The notes below the pieces were generated by a model that worked only from the letters and a program-made list of their open reading frames with translations, made no database searches and was not told the origin of the DNA. Positions 60,654 through 64,000 of a stretch of DNA of 64,000 nucleotides are shown piece after piece; the first letter of the stretch is position 1, and the number at the start of each line of letters is the position of its first letter. Origin of the DNA: a virus; the IMG/VR virus record IMGVR_UViG_3300044608_001826, positions 23,476-87,475 of that record, one strand, 5' to 3'. The position numbers were made by a program, and so were the translations under genes.

Positions 60654-60810
60654 GATGAAGATTTGGGGAGGCCGCCCCGGCACTCAGTACTAAGCACAGG
60701 GGTTCGTTTACAGTCCGTAGGAAATGGTGAAAACTACGGACACCTCCCAAAATACCGGGCAAAGACCATTCTTACAATGCCCGGTAGCCATAGTTTACAC
60801 AGGACTTTTA

Positions 60811-61242
60811 CTAAGCAGCGATAAGTTTTAACATTTGAGTCACAAAGTCCTCAGGTTCGTCGACGAGAATCTCAATGACTCGATTGAGTCTTGCGTTGAC
60901 GCTTTGCTCTTTACTGTTTTCCTCTTTTTCGTTAAGAAGAAGCCAATAGGTATAAGCGTTTAACAAGTAAGTGTGAGTTTGTTTTGCTCTAAGGGCTTGA
61001 GTTTTCCAACGATCAAACTCAAAACTCGTGGAGTGACGGCTACTACCTGTTTTTAATTCCAGCTCTCTGACTTGAATTTGAAGATCGATATCTTTTAAGG
61101 TGTACTCAATAGCTGAGATTTTGGCTTTACACTCTGGAATTGAGTTTGGTTCGGGATTATCTGAGTAGATCCAAGAAGGAAGGTTTTCAATAATGTAATC
61201 CTTAGACCACAGGGGGAGTTTTTGTTCCTGCTGATCAGTCAT
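60811..61242 (-). CDS. Hypothetical coiled-coil protein
   Basis: 143-aa ORF. Confidence 0.6.
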   Translation of the reverse strand: MTDQQEQKLPLWSKDYIIENLPSWIYSDNPEPNSIPECKAKISAIEYTLKDIDLQIQVRELELKTGSSRHSTSFEFDRWKTQALRAKQTHTYLLNAYTYWLLLNEKEENSKEQSVNARLNRVIEILVDEPEDFVTQMLKLIAA

Positions 61243-61571
61243 AAATCTAAAAGGGATCGGATAAGGGTGTTTATGTCGCCGTTTATGACGTAAAGAACGT
61301 GAGATTCGAAAGAGATCTTTTTTACAACGTTATATTTTTGTAATTGTTTTAGATCTCTTAAAAGTTTCTGTTTTGAGAAACCAATTTCACTTAAAAGTTC
61401 TTTAGTCGATAACGGCTGCCGAAAGTTTAGCAGATGAAGCAGTTCCGCGTGAAACCTTATGCAGGCAGAGATTTTTTTAGATTCGTGATCGTTTTTAACG
61501 ATACTGAATGGTTGTATTTTATTTTTAGCATTTCCTGCACTACCCGTGGGCTCACATTCTTGGAAAACCAT
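61239..61571 (-). CDS. Winged-helix DNA-binding protein
   Basis: PLSTKELLSEIGFSKQKLLRDLKQLQKYNVVKK. Confidence 0.65.
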   Translation of the reverse strand: MVFQECEPTGSAGNAKNKIQPFSIVKNDHESKKISACIRFHAELLHLLNFRQPLSTKELLSEIGFSKQKLLRDLKQLQKYNVVKKISFESHVLYVINGDINTLIRSLLDL

Positions 61572-62119
61572 AGTTGAACGTCCTTTTTCATGTCAGGTGT
61601 CACTTTTGCAGCTGCGCTCGCGGCTACCATCATATGGTACGGGTTGATGCAGCTCTCGTCGCCGCAAGCACACAATATCTTCTGATGTTTACCTAGTGTT
61701 ACATCAAAGAATTTAGTGTACACAAATCTTCTAGGTCTCATAATTTTTTTATCCTCTTTATCTAGTAAACGTTGATTTAGCCCCGGAAAGTGCAGATGGC
61801 TCTCCTTTGAAATATTTTTCTTGTTCTGGTTGAACCAAACACTAATCTTATCTGAGGTTGACGTAGCGTTCTTATTTTCGTCTACGCAAATCTCACACGC
61901 AAAAGAACCCGAAGCTGGGTGAATCTTGGTAAAATCGTGTTTATCTAAAACGTATGGTTTAGATCTACCGCAATTACAGGTTAATTCCACCGCGTGGTGA
62001 CCTGACCTTACGTAAAAAGACCCTAAATGGGTAACTTCAAGCTCTTCATCATTAAATTCTGTAAGAATCTTGGGTTCTAGGAGCCCGAAGAGGGCGATGA
62101 GAGGCGTTACGGAGCTCAT
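61457..62119 (-). CDS. Zn-finger protein with HNH-like zinc loop
   Basis: CNCG, CEIC, CGDESCINPYHM. Confidence 0.6.
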   Translation of the reverse strand: MSSVTPLIALFGLLEPKILTEFNDEELEVTHLGSFYVRSGHHAVELTCNCGRSKPYVLDKHDFTKIHPASGSFACEICVDENKNATSTSDKISVWFNQNKKNISKESHLHFPGLNQRLLDKEDKKIMRPRRFVYTKFFDVTLGKHQKILCACGDESCINPYHMMVAASAAAKVTPDMKKDVQLWFSKNVSPRVVQEMLKIKYNHSVSLKTITNLKKSLPA

Positions 62120-62686
62120 CTAACGCATCTAGTGCTCTGGTGCTCACACAAGGATAGCATGGTCGACCCGGTTCTAAGAAAAATTTTTTCTTCAGACCAA
62201 TTTACTTAACGCCATTTTCCTTAGAACTCAGTTTTTTACGGGGTTAATGGTCGCATATCTGTAAATAGTGCTAAATCGCAGCTTAATTGCGTGCTCATTG
62301 TATTTATAAATTAATTTTAAATTAGCTAACTAGATGCGATCAAGGAAATTCGTGTTAAGCAAACGGTTTAGAGCGACAGTTTTGGAGAACGGCGCGCACG
62401 AACTTGAGCGTGGTACCACATACTTCAATAAACCTTAAGGTTTTGTGTTATTCTGAGACCAACTACGGACTCCTAGGCCCCCAATGACTTCTGTAGCCAC
62501 TAACACCGAGAATTTCGTCGAAAGCCCTGAGACCAGTTTCTGGCAACAATGCCGTAAACGCGCTGAGGAGCTTGGAATCCCTGCATGGCGGCTAGCAGAA
62601 GAGGGATTCCAACATGCGGAGGTTGACAGGCGGTCTCCTTCAAGCTAGGTTTACGAGACACCTTTATTTGAAATCTTTAAAAGAAC

Positions 62687-63022
62687 ATGAAAGCTGTAAC
62701 AGAGGCGGATCGGGCTCGCTTTTGTGAAATTTACGATCTCTATCTAGATGGTTTGAGTTTGAGAGAAATTTCTCAGAAGGTCGGTATATCTCATGAGGGT
62801 GTTCGGCAGCTTCTTCGTAGGGCGTCTACAGCGGAAGAATATAAAGTTATCAAAGCGGCCTCGGATCGGCGCCGGATGCGGACTTGGCAGACTACAGAGG
62901 CAATGGCGTTACTCGATGCAGGTAATAGCTGCGCCAAAGTCGCTGGTATTTTAAAAATTTCGGTCAGCGCCGTTAAACGTTTATCGACGCAGTACAATAA
63001 AATTAAGCGGTCTAGAACTTAA
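62687..63022 (+). CDS. Double-HTH (sigma region 4-like) regulator
   Basis: GLSLREISQKVGISHEGVRQLL and GNSCAKVAGILKISVSAVKRL. Confidence 0.75.
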   Translation: MKAVTEADRARFCEIYDLYLDGLSLREISQKVGISHEGVRQLLRRASTAEEYKVIKAASDRRRMRTWQTTEAMALLDAGNSCAKVAGILKISVSAVKRLSTQYNKIKRSRT

Positions 63023-63063
63023 ATCCAGCTAAACTTAATAATACGGGGGAGATTGCGTTCTAA

Positions 63064-63969
63064 ATGGCCGAAATAAACGTACCTCCTTGCCCAACACACG
63101 GAGCACTGCCAAAACCCCTTCATACAGAGAACTTTAGGGGTGCAGTCGACGCTATTATACAGATTATAGATACCGTCAGCGGCGTGGGAACTGTAAGTTA
63201 CTCTAAGTGCCCCTACGGTTATGAAGCTAATTTTAATGGTTTAGTTCGCGCTTTAGAGGATTTAAATACCTCTATTAGCGGTATCGCTGGCGGCGGCGCA
63301 GATATTCAAGCTGGATCAGGTATTTACTTTACTGCGAGCGGTGACGCTACTGTAATTAATGCGTCTGTAACTTCTGCATCCGGTATTGTTTATACTGCAG
63401 GTTCTGGTATTTATTTAAATGGTTCCGAGTTTAATATAAACTTCAATCAGGTTTTCCAAGGTTCAGTTTCTGGGCATATTCTTGGCGCTGGAGATAATAC
63501 TGTTTATTACAGCGGAAATACTGTAACTGTAAGCGGCAGTGGCGTTGGGGCTGTTGACACTGGCCTGACCGTTACGGTTTCCGGAGCACCCGCAGAGCCT
63601 TACAACGCTGGCTCGCTTTGGTTCGACACGAATCAGGGTCGCCTGTTTGTCTACGCAAGCGGGAACGGGGTCTCATCGCCCGCGTGGTATCAAACGAACG
63701 CTGAAGCGATTGTTCTTAAAGGGGATATACCTCCATCTGGCGCTGGGGTTGATGCACCTCCTCGTGACGGTTCCATTTGGTTCAGCACTCTGGTTGGGAA
63801 CCTTTTTGTTTACGATGCTGTCACAAGCGGCTGGTACGAAACCGGTAGCTCACGTAGTGTCGCTTATAGCCCTGTAGCCCCCGCACCGACTACACAGGGC
63901 GCTGGCTGGTATGACTCAACTAATCAGCATCTGCGTATTTGGGACGGCACGGCCTGGGTTCAGGTCTAA
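63064..63969 (+). CDS. Tail-fibre-like structural protein
   Basis: Three G-x-W-(F/Y) repeats (GSLWFDT, GSIWFST, GAGWYDS), AGSGIY repeats. Confidence 0.7.
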   Translation: MAEINVPPCPTHGALPKPLHTENFRGAVDAIIQIIDTVSGVGTVSYSKCPYGYEANFNGLVRALEDLNTSISGIAGGGADIQAGSGIYFTASGDATVINASVTSASGIVYTAGSGIYLNGSEFNINFNQVFQGSVSGHILGAGDNTVYYSGNTVTVSGSGVGAVDTGLTVTVSGAPAEPYNAGSLWFDTNQGRLFVYASGNGVSSPAWYQTNAEAIVLKGDIPPSGAGVDAPPRDGSIWFSTLVGNLFVYDAVTSGWYETGSSRSVAYSPVAPAPTTQGAGWYDSTNQHLRIWDGTAWVQV

Positions 63970-64000
63970 TATCTGAAAGCCCAACCAAATCAACATGGCC

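Noticed and set aside
880-61550. Apparent excess of CCGTGG/CCACGG hexamers
   Set aside because: Conspicuous by eye, but I cannot show enrichment without a Markov-model count.

Overview
The whole window looks like part of a lytic dsDNA tailed phage, most likely a freshwater cyanophage. Cyanobacterial cues are an NtcA-type box, cyanobacterial boxA-like motifs, a DUF4278-like peptide and tRNA-Leu(UAA). Layout: (i) 1-13.4 kb is a minus-strand early/replication arm with the family A DNA polymerase N-terminus, a RavA/ViaA-like AAA+/VWA module, RlpA and many small ORFs. (ii) 13.4-14.75 kb is a long, highly structured non-coding leader and the strand-switch region. (iii) 14.8-27 kb is a plus-strand accessory arm with two tRNAs, a tRNA-like element and a mosaic array of paralogous mini-genes. 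(iv) 27-59 kb is the morphogenesis module (TerL, portal, scaffold, major capsid protein, tail-fibre-like and internal proteins, SLT/M23 hydrolase), interleaved with about seven glycosyl-/methyltransferase-type genes. (v) 59-64 kb holds regulatory/DNA-binding genes and a tail-fibre-like gene. The best-supported unusual feature is a group I intron with a LAGLIDADG endonuclease that splits the major capsid gene. The best candidates for undescribed biology are the ~870-nt structured leader with two repeated motifs, three tRNA-shaped elements without canonical anticodon arms, the mini-gene cassette array, and a possible virion glycosylation system acting on Ser-Gly-rich proteins. All family calls come from motif recognition by eye, not database searches.
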